The notes below the pieces were generated by a model that saw only the letters and a program-made list of their open reading frames with translations, had not been told where the DNA came from and ran no database searches. DNA of 64,000 nt from Stegostoma tigrinum. Lineage: Eukaryota. This document shows positions 24,901 to 39,900 of this stretch, one piece after another; position 1 is the first letter of the stretch, and the number at the start of each line of letters is the position of its first letter. A program made the position numbers and the translations under genes. Location of the stretch: positions 14,390,427-14,454,426 of the forward strand of contig NC_081392.1 in the NCBI RefSeq assembly GCF_030684315.1, in the 5' to 3' direction.

Positions 24901-27900
24901 TTGTGATCGTGGCTGATCATCCACAATGAGTACCCTGTTCCGGGCTTATCCCCATAACCCTTGATTCCACTATCTTTAAGAGCTCTGTCCATCTCTTTCT
25001 TGAAAGTATCCAGAGACTTGGCCTCCACTGCCTTATGGGGCAGAGCATTCCATATATCCACCACTCTCTGGATGAAGAAGTTTTTCCTCAACTCTGTTCT
25101 AAATGGCCTACCCCTTATTTTGAAACTGTGTCCTCTGGTTCTGGACTCACCCATCAGCGGAAACGTCCTTCCTGTCTCCAGAGTGTCTAATCCTTTAATA
25201 ATCTTATACGTCTCAATCAGATCCCCTCTCATCCTTCTAAACTCAGGTGTATATAAGCCCACTCGCTCTAATCTTTCAACATATGATGGTCCCGCCATTC
25301 CGGGAATTGACCTCGTGAACCTACGCTGCACTCCCTCAATAGCAAGAATGTCCTTCCTCATATTTGGAGACCAAAACTGCACACATTACTCCAGGTGCGG
25401 TCGCACCAGGGCCCTGTACAGCTGCAGAAGGACCTCTTTGCTCCTATACTCAGTTCCTCTTTTATGAAGGCCAGCATGCTATTAGCTTTCTTCACTACCT
25501 GCATGCTTGCTTTCATTGACTGATGTACAAGAACACCTAGATCTCGTTGTACTTCCCCTTTACCTAACTTGACTCCATTGAGATAGTAATCTGCCTTCCT
25601 GTTCTTGCCACCAAAGTGGATAACCATACGTTTATCCACGTTAACCTGCATCTGCCATGCATCCGTCCACTCACCTAACCTGTCCAAGTCACCCTGTATT
25701 CTCATAACATCCTCCTCACGTTTCACCCTGCCACCCAGCTTTGTGTCATCAGCAAATTTATTAATATTACTTTTAATGCCTTCATCTATAGCATTAGTGT
25801 ATATTGTAAACAACTACGGTCCCAGCACCGAACCTTGTGGTACCCCACTGGTCACTGCCTGCCATTCCGAAAGGGACCCGTTTATTACTACTCTTTGCTT
25901 CCGGTCAGCCAGCCAATTTTCAATCCCAAGTCAGTATTTTGCCCCCAATACCATGTGCCCTAATTTTGTTCACCAATCTCCTGTGTGGGACTTCATCAAA
26001 GGCTTCCTGAAAGTCCAGGTATACTACATCCACTGTTCTCCCTTATCCATCTTCATAGTTACATCCTCAAAAAATTCCAGCAGTTTAGTCAAGCACAATT
26101 TCCCCTTTTTAAATCCATGCTGACTCTGACCTATCCAGTTACTGCTATCCAAATGAGTCGTAATTTCATCTTTTATAATTGACTCCAGCATCTTTCCGAC
26201 CACTGACGTCTGGCTACCTAACCAGTGAAATAATAAAGTCAAAAACAACTGGTGATTTCAGAATAGCAACGTGTTAAGCAAGGCAAAGTATGAGAAGAGT
26301 TGGAGATGGTGATGTAGTGGTAATGTCACTAGTAATCCAGAAATCTAGACTAATGCTTTGGGAGCATGACTGCGTTGATAGAATTAAAGTTCAATTAATT
26401 AATTATCCAAAACTATGAAAAGTCTCGACAAATAGTGGTGACCAGGAAGGAAATCTGCTGTCCTTATCGGCTTTGGCCTCCAGGTGCATCGTGCCATAGC
26501 TGACTCTGACTGCCCTCTGAAATGTCCTAGAAAGCCACTTGGTCCAAGGTAATTTAGGGAAGGCTGACAAATGCCTGTTTTGCCAATGACACTCCCATCT
26601 TGTGAAGGAATAAAGCAAGAAATGAGTAGGGGATGAGAAACGAACTGGAGTTCTCAGTTGTAATTATTCTTTTTTAAATATGCTGTCAGTGACAGAGGGG
26701 AGAGAACTCTTAACTGCTCCCAGAGGTAATTGGGGATGGGTAACCAATGCTGGCCTTGCCAATGATTCTACATCCCATGAGCATATTTTAGTAGAAGATT
26801 ATTTTTGCTTCTTGAAAGCATCTGTTAAACAAAGTAATGAAGCAGATCTATCACAAGAAACTGCGGAGCAGTAGACTGTGCGAACATCTTGGAGGTGACT
26901 ATTCTAACTCATACAGAGATCTTGTTGCATATCTGTTACTTTTTTACTTTTTAATCTTTGAAGGCAGTACGTGGTTTAACGTATATTTTTTGCAGCTAGT
27001 CTTGATTGTTTTTCTGTAAAGTATTCTGAATATTTACTTACTACCTTTAAGATGTTGAAGTGGATGTTGATGAATTAAACTCTGAACAAACTTTGGAGCT
27101 GAACAAACTCGCTACCACTTATGGAATGTCTGAGGGTGACTTTGTCAGGTGAGGTTGCAACTTATCTGTTATTTGACCAGTAAGAATGCCATCTCCTGTC
27201 AATCATGAGAGCATAAAGAGAAGGGCATTTGACCCCTCAAGCTAAATTACCACTTGATAAGATCATAGGGCTGGATTGAAAAGTGTAAATAAATTGCCAC
27301 AGTCCCTGAGGACCATTGGCTGTCCTCTAATTAGAAAGAGATGACTTAACATGGTTCAGACTTGAGGCTTACCATACCTCGGCTGAGGAGCAAGGTTGAG
27401 AAGACGTCACAGTGATCTCAGCTGCTGCAGGGAATTGAACCAGTGCTGTTGGCACCTACATCACAAACCAGCCATCCGGCTAACTGACCACCAAATGACT
27501 CGTCTGTTGTAGCCTCAAATTCACTTTTCCCATCTATTGTCCGTAACCCTTGATTCCATTGATTAAAAACCTGTCTGATTCAGCCTTGAGTATATCCAGT
27601 GGCTTATCGTCCACTGCTGATGGCAGTGGAATTCCAAATGCTAACAATCCCCTAGGAGAAGAAATCCTTCCTCATCACTATCTTAAATGAAAGACATCTT
27701 ATTCAGCAGAAAAAATCCTGACTCAGGCTAGTGTTTGCTAAATTAATAGGCCTTTTACGGGCAGAGGGATTATACTTTGGGCTTGAGTTAAAGAACTGCT
27801 GTAGACTCTGTTTGGGTATGTTAACTGAAGGACGATTGTTTGGGAGAAGAGTTTATCGGACAAGAGGAGTTCCTCCATTTCTAATCTCCTGCAAAGTCAG

Positions 27901-30900
27901 ACAGTGGATTTTGTTTTTTCTGGGTGGGGATATCGCATCTGCTTTTTCACCACCTGAAGTGTAATGGAAGGTGTAGTGCATCAATATGTTGTCAGATTTT
28001 TACAGTAAGATCCTCGTTTCTGTTTGAAGGATGCTGCGTAAGGACAAAGAGGAGGTGGAGGCAATTAAACATGCCAAGGCCCTGGAGGAGGAGAAGGCGA
28101 TGTACTCGGTAAGGATTTTCATTATTCTTCACATGCCAGCTGGTGGGAGCATGTCTGTCGAGTATTACTGATGGTGTTAGGGTTTGGTGCAGGTGAGCAG
28201 TGCAATTATTTTGCCATGTTTTCTGTTTATAGGGACGAAGGTCACGACGGCAAAGAAGAGAATTCAGAGAAAAGCGTTTGAAGGGGAGGAAAATCAGCCC
28301 ACCCAGGTACAGGCCATTCTCCCCAGTGTCTCCAATCATTGAAAAGCCCCCTCTCTTCAATTCCACCCTTTTTTTTAGAAAAAGAGTATGTACCATTTTA
28401 CCTCAACCTGGCCCCTCTGTCAATGTCACATTGTCGTGGACAAAGATTCTTGCTGTGGTTTTCAAAATGTCCTTTTAGCTTTGCCTCTACACCTCAATCC
28501 AAAGCATACTGATGGTTAGGGCTCAGTTCACTTAGCTTAGTCAATTTCTGATACCTGAGCCAAGTGTTTGCCCTTCATATATGTGCTGAGTTAATGGGGT
28601 CCCGGCTATTCGACTGCAGAGAGCATCACAGCTAAAGACATCTATACTTGCCTAACATTGACATGTCTGTGCTCCGTCAAGGGTAAATGAAGATAGTTTT
28701 AGTCCCCAAATGCCATCACAGCTAAGATCGGCACATCCCAAGATTCAAACTGGAAGCTGTGCTGCTGTGTGGACTAGATGCATTCATCTTTCACAGCTCC
28801 AGCTGTCTCAAAGGACTTTGTGGCTAATGAAGTACTTTTCGCAGTATGACAGTAATGTTTTTTTTAAGAAAAGGCATTCTATCTTTTTACACTGTGAGAC
28901 ACCACAGCCAGCCAGTCTGGTAACAATCTGAGAATTAAGTGAGAGATAATGATTGTCTGGGGCTCCGGAGAAAACTGTTGTTCTTTGAAAGAAATTACAG
29001 CAATCTTCTGCAGCCTCCTGAGAGACAGATGAGACATTGGGTTTGACATGTCCACTGAAAGACGTCACCTCCCAGCTGGTCTACTTTCTCTCAGTACTGG
29101 GAGTGTTGGCCTCGGTGTTGTGCTCAAGCCTGTGGTGTATGGGACACAAACCCACAACCTTGCATTCAGAGGCACAAGGTTTATTGACTGAGCAGCAAGC
29201 GCTTAAGGACACTGCGTGGTCGAAAGGTAGCGACCATTGGCCTACAGTGGAGGGAAGTGATTTAGACACTGGAGGTGTAAAGGATTGAAACTGTCTCGCC
29301 ATTCCATGAAATGTGTTGCTGCTACATCAGGCAAACATGTTTGACTCATCCAACAAGCAGCAAGCATCACCTAAGGGATGAGGCAGGATGAGCAGATGCA
29401 AGTAAGAATCAGTGTTTGATGTTGTTTGCTTTCCTTTTCAGCTATGCAAGGAGGGACAGCCCAACGTATGATCCATATAAAAGGTAAATGTATAACCTTC
29501 GTCTGAAGTACGGAGAAGAGAATTCCAACTAATAGATCAATCCACTCCTGAGGGAACAACATAATTGACTTGTAAATACTTTGCACTGGTTTTTGGGAAA
29601 GAGGCAGTGTAGAGTCGCAGAATCCCCACAGTGTGGAAACAGGCCATTCAGCCCCACAAGTCCACACCAACCCTCAGAACATCCCACCCAGACCCATGCC
29701 CCTATTACCCACCTAATCTACACATCCCTGAACGCTACGGGGCAATTTAGCAAGGCCAGTCTTCCCTAACCTGCACGTCTTTTGGACTGTGGGAGGAAAC
29801 CGGAGCACCCGGAGGAGACACACACACAGGAAGAATGTGCAAACTCCACACAGTTGCTTGAGGGTGGAATCAAACCTGGGTCCTTGATGCTGAGGGGTGA
29901 CCTTATAGAGGTTTATAAAATCATGAGGGACATGTATGGGGTGAATAGCCAATGTCTTTTCCGCAGGGTAGGGAAGCTCAAAATGAGAAGGCTCAGGTTT
30001 AAGACGATAGGGGAAAGATTTAAAAGGAATCTGAGAGGGAATGTCTTCACACAGAGGGTGGTGCGTGTATGGAATGAGCTGCCAGAGGAAATGGTGGATG
30101 CTGGTACAATTACACCATTTAACAGACGTCTGGGTAGGTACTTGAATAGAGAGCGTTTAGAGGGATACACAATTGCAACATTTAAAAAGACATTATTCAA
30201 ACAGATGATTAGGAAAGGTTTAGATGGAGAGTCGAGAGAGCTGTGCAGTGGAGAGGCAGAGCGGGGAGAGTGTGAGGAAGTGCTGGGAGAGCAGTGGGTC
30301 ATTTAAACTGCCAAATTGTTAATTCACAAGTAGTGGGGATTTTTTGACAGTAAGCAGCTTTGAAACATTGGCTATTTAAACCACCAATAAAAACACCCAT
30401 AAAATCATAAGACATAGGAACAGGTTTAGGCCATTTGGCCCATCAAGGCTTCCTCACTGTTCAATCATGGCTGATATGTTTGTCAACCCCATTCTTCTGT
30501 CTCCTGGAGTCTGAGCCAAGAGACTGATTTTTGAGCCCCTTACTATTCAAGAGCCTATTTATCACGATCTTAAAGATAGTCAGTGACTTGACCTCCACAG
30601 CCTTTTGCGGTAATGAATTCCACAGATTCACCACCCTGTGGCTGAAGGAATTCCTCCTCATCTCAGTTCAAAAGTGTCATCCTTTTACTCTGACGTGCCT
30701 TCAGGTCCTAGTCTCCTACTAGTGAAAACATCCATGTCCAGTCTATCCAGGCTTCACAGTATCCTGCAAGTTCAGTCAGATCCTCCCTCATTCTTAGCTT
30801 GAAAGAATACAGACCCAGAGTCCTCAGCCCCTACTCACCTGACAAGCCCTTTATCCCCAAGATCATTATTGTAAAACCTCCCCTGAATCCCTTCTAACGC

Positions 30901-33900
30901 GAGATCATCCTTCTTAGGTACAGGGCCAGAAACTTATCATAATATTCCAAATGCTGACCAGATCGCTATACCACCTCAGCAGTACATTTGCTGCTGTGTC
31001 CTAGCCCTCTTGAAACTAATGCTAACGTTAACCCGCAAGGATTTAAGTTAATCTTGCAGGTCCATCAGAGTTCCATGGCAGACATTGTTGCCCAATAGCT
31101 CGCAACCCTCATTTCAGCTCTCAATTCCGCTGAGGGTCACAACTCCCACGTTGAGAAGACGCCACTAGCCATAATTCCAGATTACCGATGTTAAAATGTG
31201 CATGTTGTTGCAGCAGCTCCGACTCCCTGAATGAACTGCAACACACAAGCAGCACTACTAACTAGTGAAATTGATGTGCCCCAATCTGAGGGGGTAGGAA
31301 CAGGAGAAAACCATCCGGACCTGAAAGCCTGTTCCATTAATCTCTTAGATCCATATGCCATCCTTTGCTTCATTATTGAACAAATATGTATCAATTCCAG
31401 AAATCTGAATTGATATGCCCACCTTTTGAGAAAGAGCGTTTTAGATTCCCACTGTCCGTTCTGTTCGGGGAAGAAATGTCTCCTGAGTTTTTTTTTTGAA
31501 TGACCCACTTTTTTAAGAATCATAGATTGGACCAGTCTTTTCAGATTGTGCCCACTTGTTCCAGCTGGCCCTATCAAATAGAATGTAGTGTACTGGACAG
31601 CTGTCTTCCATCTCTCCAAGTTGGCCACTCCTTTTTGAACCCAAGGAACAGGCAATAGTGGGTTATCATATTGAACAAGTTAAGACTTCCAGTGAAATCA
31701 CTTTGTTGGAAGTTTTCAGCTTCCAAAACCTTCCAAGTTTGTTGCGCAGTCTTAATGACTCAAATGATGCAGTTTGTAGAGGAATGCGCAAGTCAAGATT
31801 ATCTTGTCATCTGTGAAAAAATATTGTGCGTGTTGCACATATGACAATAAACAGTAATACAGCTGTCTGCGTGCAAATGCTGTTACTGTCTTGCTGGTTC
31901 CAGCTGACTTTTTATGCTGAATTGTACTTGTGCAAGGGCAACTTTCTTTATTTTTTCCGTGGGATGTGGGCCGCACTGACAAGGCCTGCATTTATTGACG
32001 ATCCTGAGCTGCCTTTGAACTGAATGGCTTGCTTGACCATTTCAGAGGGTACTTTAGAGTCATCCACATTGCCATGTGTCTGGAATTGTACGTAGTCACA
32101 GGTAATGTCATGGATAATTCCTTTATTGTTACATAATTGAACTTAAGGCGCACAGAGAGTTTAAACCCACTTCTCCAGAGTGTTTGAGCCTTTTGAGTTA
32201 TTAGTCTCATGACGCTGAACTACACCAATGTCTGTTTCATATTTTTTTTACAAGCTTGCTGCAATTAGCCTTTTCGGTTTGATAAGCCAGTTTGCACAGC
32301 AAAAAGCTTCCCCTAAATCTGGAGAAAACTCTAGGACAGTGTCTGGTCAGGCATGCTAATGTTAGAATTTGGACAGTCCAGCCGGAACCTTATTTAGTAA
32401 ACTGGGCTTTATTGATGGCTCAGGAAAGGAGCTTTACTCTGCCTTATTAACCTTTACTATGTTTGATGGGTGGTCCTTTGGGCACTTTTCAGCCCTAGTC
32501 TCATTGTAACATGCAGTATTGTTTGTGGATCTTTCAGGTCACAGTCTGAATCCAGCTCAGGGACGAGATCACGGTCACGCTCGAACTCCCCAGCCCACGA
32601 GGAGAAGATCACTTACATCACAAGTTTTGGGGGCAGTGAGGATGAGGGCGCATCAGCTGCACAGGCAGGAGTGGCCACAGCCAAGACCCCATTGAGCAGG
32701 CACCGGACTTCCAATTCGCTGCAAAGCTCTGGCACAGGTCATACCAGCTCTTCCCGGTCGGTAATTTTCAAAATCATTCCTTTACCGTTCCCAAAGACGC
32801 TGCTTGTGCTTCTAGGGTGAAAGGTTGGAGCGTCCAAAAGAGGGGAGTTTTCACGCTTTAATTATCTGGTATTTAGTTTAATTCTGAGAGCAGCCAGGGT
32901 CTTGTGCAGTAGAGAGCACATTGTCGTTGTTGGAGAGAAGTCGTACAGCAGCAGAGATCAATCAGAAACCAGGGAACTGACACTAACCTGAATTTTAAAA
33001 GCCCCTGGAAGCCAGGGTAGTCGGGGAGTCCAACATCGCAAATGAGTGTGACACTGTATGTCTGGGGGACATTCAGACTGATATACAGGGCTTTGGCTTG
33101 AAACAGCAGGATACCTAAGTTGCAGGTTTGGCCCGCTTTAAACCCTGACAGAGTCTGAGTGCCGCCCCTTCCTCTGTCCCACACAACCATTCCCACTAGC
33201 CCTGTTTACTGTGGTAAATATGACCGTGGGTCAGAAGGTTTGGAATGACTGTCTTTTTCAATCCTAGATATTTTCTAAACAACTTGTTCAGAGATGTTAT
33301 GACACACCTCTGGAACAGTTAGGACTTGAGTCCATCGTCCTGGTTCAGAGACAGGGACACTAACGCTGCCTTGCAAGATTCCCACCATGGGAGTTATAAG
33401 CTAATGCACGTAACTGGACAAATTATTCAGTACAGTGACAGCTTCCAATCATGTTATACTCTAGAAAGGAACAAAGGCCATGATGAGCAGATCATTTTCA
33501 CCCACCATGTTGTCGTTAAGCTCTGCATGGAGATAAATTGGCATGGGCAGAATTGGCATTGGCATTGACCCTGAAGCAGTGCTTCCCAAACCTTTCTCCA
33601 GTGAGACCGTAAAGTGAATGTTTGAGGGGATGCAAGAGTTGTTAAGTGGGCAAGGGCTGCAGACTTCTGCTGTTGGTGGGGAACTTGGGGAATTAGTTTG
33701 TTGTTATGACGAGACCTGACCGAGGTGGGGGTGCAGCAGGAGTTTGAGAGCATCTGAGAATCCATAGTCATATTTTGGTCAGACTGCAAATAAACAACAG
33801 ATTTCCTTGCCTGTATCAGTTGGGCCTCCCATAGATTTTCACTGTGGTCCTCCCAGTAGCCAGTGGGACATAGAGGAATAGATATGTAAGCAGATCAGGC

Positions 33901-36900
33901 AAAGATATAAAAACAGCTGGGTTGGTGTAGTGGGTGACTTTTAACTTACCCAACATTGACTGGGACTCCCTTGGTGCCCAGGGGCTTAGATGGGACAGAA
34001 TTTGTTGGGTGCACCCAGGAGGGCTTTTTGAAATAATACATAGTTGAATGAGGGAAGGGGCCGTACTAGACATGGTATTTTAGAATAAGCCTGGCCAGTG
34101 TTTAAAGTTTCAGTTCGAAGAGCATTTTGGGAGCAGCGATCATAAGTTTTAAGATAGTCATGGATAATGATAAGATTCAGGTGAAAGCGCTAAATTGGGG
34201 GAAGGCTAATTACAACAGCATTAGGTAGGAACTGGAGAATTTAGGTTGAGGGCAGATGTTTGAGGGTAGATCTGATGTGTAAGAATTTTTTAAAGGCCAG
34301 TTGAACAGAGTTGAGACTGTTCCTGTGAGGATAAAACATAAGGATGGCAAGATTTAGGAACCTTGGATGACAAAAGGATATTGAAAATTTGGTTGAAAAG
34401 GAAGCATGTGTAACATTAAGAAAACTGAAAGCAAATAAGACCTTTGGGGAATATAAAGGAAGCAGAAAAGAGCTTTAATAAAATTGGAGGTGTGGAATTC
34501 ATTGCAAAATGTCCTTGGCAAGTAGAATTAAGAAAAATCCCAAGGCATTTTATACACCAATTAGGAGCAAGAGGGTAATGGGGGAAAGGATAGGTCTACT
34601 GAAGGACAGAGAATTTGTATGAAGCCAGAGTAAGTGGGTGAGGTCTTTAATGAGAGTTTCACATCAGCATTCACTGAGGAAAAGGTAAGAGTATAGAGAT
34701 ATTCAAGGCCTGTCAATATTAAAAAGGTGGTGGTGTTGGATATCTTGAGAAACATTAAGGTAAATAAGTCTGTAGAGCCTGACGATATCTACCCCAGGAT
34801 ACTGACGAATGCAAAGGAGATTTCTGGGACCTTGACAGAGATTTTTGTTTCATCTTTAGCAATTGCTGTGGTTCCAGAAGATGCTGGAATAACCAATGTT
34901 GTTTCTTTGTTTAAGAAGGGCAAAAGGGATAATCCAGGAAATTTTAGGCCAGTGAACCTTGCATCAGTGATATGGACAGATATTTAGATACAGAATTTAC
35001 ACTCCAATAAAAAAAAATGAACTTAGTAGAGATAAGTCAGTATGGCTTTATGCAGGGGAGGTCTTGTCTCTCAGACTTGATTGAAATTTTTGAAAATGTG
35101 AAGATGATTGGTGAAGGCAGGCAGTGGATGTAGTCCTACGTTGACTTCACCAAAACATTTGACAAGGACCCCATGGTAGGCTGCTCTAGGTGATTTAAGT
35201 TGCATGGGTCCATGCTGAGTTGGCAAATTGGAAACAAAATTGGCTTGGTCATAGGAGGCGGGTATAATTGTGGAGGGGTATTTTTCTGACTGGAGGTCTG
35301 TGACCATTGGTGTTCTGCAAAGATCAGTGCTGGGACCTCTGTTTTGTAATGGTTTTAAATAACCCAAATGAAAATGTAAGTGGTCTGATTACGCAGTTTG
35401 TAAGCGACTAAAAAATTATTGGAGTTGTGGATGGTGAGGATGGTTATCAGAGGATAAACAAGATACAGATCGGTTGGAATGTTGGATGGAGAAGTGGTAG
35501 ATGGAATTTAATCTGAACTCGTGTGAAGTGATTCATTTTGGGAGGTCAAATGCAAGAGGTAAGTATACAGTTAATGATAGAACCGTTAGAAGCATTGACA
35601 TACAGAGGGATCTTGGGATCCAAGTCCATAGCTTCCCGAAAGTGATAACTCGGGTGAATAAGTGGTAAAGAAGACATTCAGCATGCTTACCTTCATTGGT
35701 CGGGGTATTGAGTATAAAAGTTACCAAGTAGTGTTGCGGCTGTATAAGACCTCATTAGTCCTCATTTGGAGTACTGTGTGCAGTTCTGGTCCCCACACAA
35801 CTTGGGAAGGATGTAGGACTTCGGAGAGGGTGCAAGAGGGGTTTATCAGGACATTGCCTGGATATGGAATGTATTAGCCAAGAGGGGAGGTTGGCTAAAC
35901 TTGAATTGTTTTTGCTACAGCAATATGGGCTGAGGGCGACTTGATTACAAGAATATAAAATGGAGTGGATAGTCTGAGTCATTTTCCTGGGGTGGAAATG
36001 TCAAATACCAGTGGAGACAGGTATAGGGTGAGAAGGGAAAAGTTCAAAGGAGATATGTGAGGAAAGTTTTTATTTTACACAGAATGTGGTAGGTGCCTGG
36101 AACATACTGCCAGGAGAGGTGGTAGAAACAGATATGCCAGTAAGGTTTAAGAGGCATTTAAAAGGAACATGAGCAGAGGGATACGAACCATGTGAAGGTT
36201 TACTGCAGCTTGTGCTGTATCACCTGCATGAAGTGAACCACAAAGAAAAGGGTCAGATGATGTTGTGGAGACAGGCAAGGAATAACCTGCCAAGCTGCTC
36301 ACTTGCTACTCAATCAAACCAGATTGAAAAGAATTTCAGGTGGGATATTTTGGTAAAGATGGTTTCCCATGAGTCCTGAGGGAAGTGGAGATTGGGCAGG
36401 GAGCAAGCAATGAAAGAATCATAGAATCCCTACAGTATGGATAGAGGCCATTCAGCCCAACGAGTCTGCACCAACTCTCCGGAGAGCTTCCCATCCAGAC
36501 CCGACCCCTACACTATTCGTGTAACCCTGCATTTCCCATGGGTATTCCACCTAACCTATATATTCCCAGACACTATGGGCACTTTAATATGGCCAATCCA
36601 CCTAATCTGCATGTTTTTGGACTGGTTTGTTTGGGAGTTGGGATGCAGTTGTGATAGTTTTAATGAGAGATAATGGCTTAACTCATGTAATTAAGTGCTT
36701 GGGAAGAGAGCAAAAGAGATGAAATACAAGAAGGCAGACTGAGTTTTTGAAATGGAGGCACAAAAGGTTTGATTTTTAAAAATTAAGGACATGGACCATG
36801 ACAGCCCCTGGCTTGATACAATATTTTGTCAAAGTGTTAAGCCATGACCAGGAGAATATTCGTCAGAAGTTTGTAATTCTGGTCTCCCTGCTATATGGAA

Positions 36901-39900
36901 GTTGTGAAGCTTGAAAGGGTTCAGAAAAGATTTACGAGGATATTGCAAGGGTTGGAGGGTTTGAGCTACAGGGAGAGGCTGAATAGGCGGGGGCTATTTT
37001 CCCTGGAGTGTTGGGGGCTGAGGGGTAACCTTTATAGAAGTTTATACAATCTGCAGGGGCATGGATAGGGTGAATAGACAAGGTCTTTTCTGGAGTAGGG
37101 GGTTGCCCAAAACTAGAGGGGCATAGGTTTAAGGTGAGAGGTAAAGATTTAAAAGAGAACCAATGGGCAGCTTTTTCACACAGAGGGTGGTGCATGTATG
37201 GAATGAGCTGCCAGAGGAAATGGTGGAGGCTGGTACAATTACTCAACCCAGATGCCTTTTCAACATTGTATGTGAATAGGATGAGGGATATGGGCCAAAT
37301 GCTGACAAATGGCATTGGATTAATTTAGGATATCTAGTCAGGATGAGTGAGTTGTACTGAAGGGTCCGTTTCCATGCAGTACATCTCTATCACTCTTGAG
37401 TTGGACCACATTTTCTCCTGAGTAGCGAGTGGATGCTAATACTGCATGTTGACAGGCATTAAGCAACACTAGTGTTCTTCCATGTTAATGTCACTATATA
37501 AATGCAAGCGGGCATGATGGCAAGCCATACCCAAGCAATTTTGGTGGCAGCAGTGCTTCTGTGTTAAAGGAAGGTTTTCTGGCTAGGGATTAATGAGAGG
37601 CTGTGGCTGTTTTCACGTGGTAAGACTTGTCAGTGTTAAGCTCCTCATCAAGAAAAGCACGTCACCTTTTCTGGGCAGTTAATTTGAAGCACTGTGATTA
37701 TTGTACAGGCAAATGAGGGCTATTTTGTGCACACTGAGAACCCACCGAACAATCAAGTTATGTAACCTGATAATCATCCTCTGGCAGTGATGGATTTCTT
37801 TGACATCCTTCGGCCCCATCACAACACAATTTTCTTACAACTCCCTTCTCTTACCCCACCCCCACCCCATTCAATGCAACAGTCCACTGACGCTGCAGTG
37901 GAGTGTCAGCCTAGAATGTGGTGAGCTCCCAGACAAAGATTCCTCAGCTCAGCGGAACTACTTAGACCAAGCTGACCCTTAAAATGAGAGATCAAGATAG
38001 AAAATGCTGGAAATACTCAGGTCAGGCAGCATCTGTGGAGACAATGGAAGTCAGAGTTAGTGCTTCAGGTCAGTGACCTGTCATTGGAACTGGGAACAGT
38101 TAGAGATGTGATGTCTGTCTTCCACCCGATCACAAGAATTCCCTTTTGCCATTTTTCCCACTCATGTCTTGCTTATGTTGCTCAGTTTCTAACGTTTCTT
38201 GGTTATGATAGGTCATCAACCTGAAACGTGTTTTTATTTAAAATTCTGCCCCCCACCTCACTTCAGGGATTTGCCAGACCTGAGTACTTCCAACATCTTC
38301 TATGTTTATTATAATTTTCAACTTGCGTTGTATTTTCTGTTTTTTTATGTTAGTGAAATTTCAAGTCCAGGGCAGGGCATTCTTGAGTTTCACCTCCAGC
38401 GTGCTAGTCTTTACATTTGTAATTCAAAGGTCACAAGAGGTTTGAGTATAAGAAAGTTGCAGCATGTTTGGTCTCGGTGCTTGCGAGATGTAGTGTGTCC
38501 TGTTGATTTTCGTTTTCTCTCCTCTCTCTGCTTTTTCTCTTTGTTTACTTCCACAGGCGTCGTTCCTCTTCCTCTTCCAGGTCTTCCAGATCTCGGTCCG
38601 GTTCTCGTAACCACCATTCCCGCAGGCATCGGCGATCAAGCCGCTACTCACGCTCCCGTTCACGCAACAGGCACTACTCTGGGTCCCACGGGCGGTACGG
38701 CAGGGGGTGTTCCCGGGACGGGCGCCGCTGCTCACGCTCACAGTCTCGTTCAGCCGACAGGATGCGATACGTCAGCTCCCGCAGCCGTGGCAGGCGATCC
38801 AGGTGTGCTGCCAGTTCACTCTGCTAACTCAGCAACAGTCCATTGCGAACTCGGCAAAAAAATTAGCAGGCATTTAAAAAAATGCTAAACTGTTTGATTG
38901 GGAAGATGTAGCAAAGATGTTTCAGCTTTGAGTTAGAGTTGTACAGCACAGAAACAGACCCTTCAGTCCAATTCAGCTATACTGACCAGATATCCTGAAC
39001 TAGTGTAGTCCCATTTGCCAGCGTTTGACCCATGTCCCTCTAAACCCTTCCTATCCATGTTCCCATCCAGATGCCTTTTAAATGTTGTCATTGTACCAGC
39101 CTCCACCTCTGGCAGCTCATTCCATACACACAGCACCCTCTGCATGAAAATGTTTCCCCTCTGGTCCTTTTTAAATCTTTCCCCTTTCACTTTAAACCTA
39201 TGCTGTCTAGTTTTGGACTCCTCCACCCTAGGAAAAACACTGTGGTTATTCACCCTATCCATGCCCCTCATGATTTGATAAACCACTATAAGGTCACTCC
39301 TCATCCTGTGATGCTCCAGGGAAAAAAATCCCAGTCTATTCACCCTCTCCCTATAGCTCGAACCCTGCAATCCTGGCAACATCCTTGTAAATCTTTTCTG
39401 CGCCCTTTGAAGTTTAATAACATCTTTCCTAAAGCAAGGAGACCAGAACTGAACACAGTATTCCAGAAGCGGCCTCATCATTGTCCAACCACAACATGAC
39501 CTCCTAACTGCTGTAATCAATGCACTGACCAATAAAGGTAAATATACCAAACGCCTTATTCACTTGCAGGGAATACTAGATTCGGGAGTCATTAATATGA
39601 GACACCCAATTGTAAATTCAGCAGGGAATTCAGGAGAAACATCCTTACCCTTCCAAGCAATATCTCAATTTGGGATTTTCAAATCCATGTGGTTCCTCAC
39701 CCATCCTCTTATCTGTATACCCTCCTCCAGCCCCAGAACACTTGAAGATCTCAGTGTTCCTCTAATTCTTTCTTCATAACAATCCTGATTTTAATCAAAC
39801 CATCACTGGGGGCTTCATCTTCAGATGATGTGACCCTGAAGCTCTGGAATATCCTCCCAAACCTTTATGTCTCGCCACCTCGATTTTCTCTCAAGATCGT

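Noticed and set aside
38199-38888. 229-aa ORF overlapping exon 13
   Set aside because: Shifted-frame shadow of the RS-rich exon. Its start lies in repeat-derived intron sequence and it has no recognisable domain.
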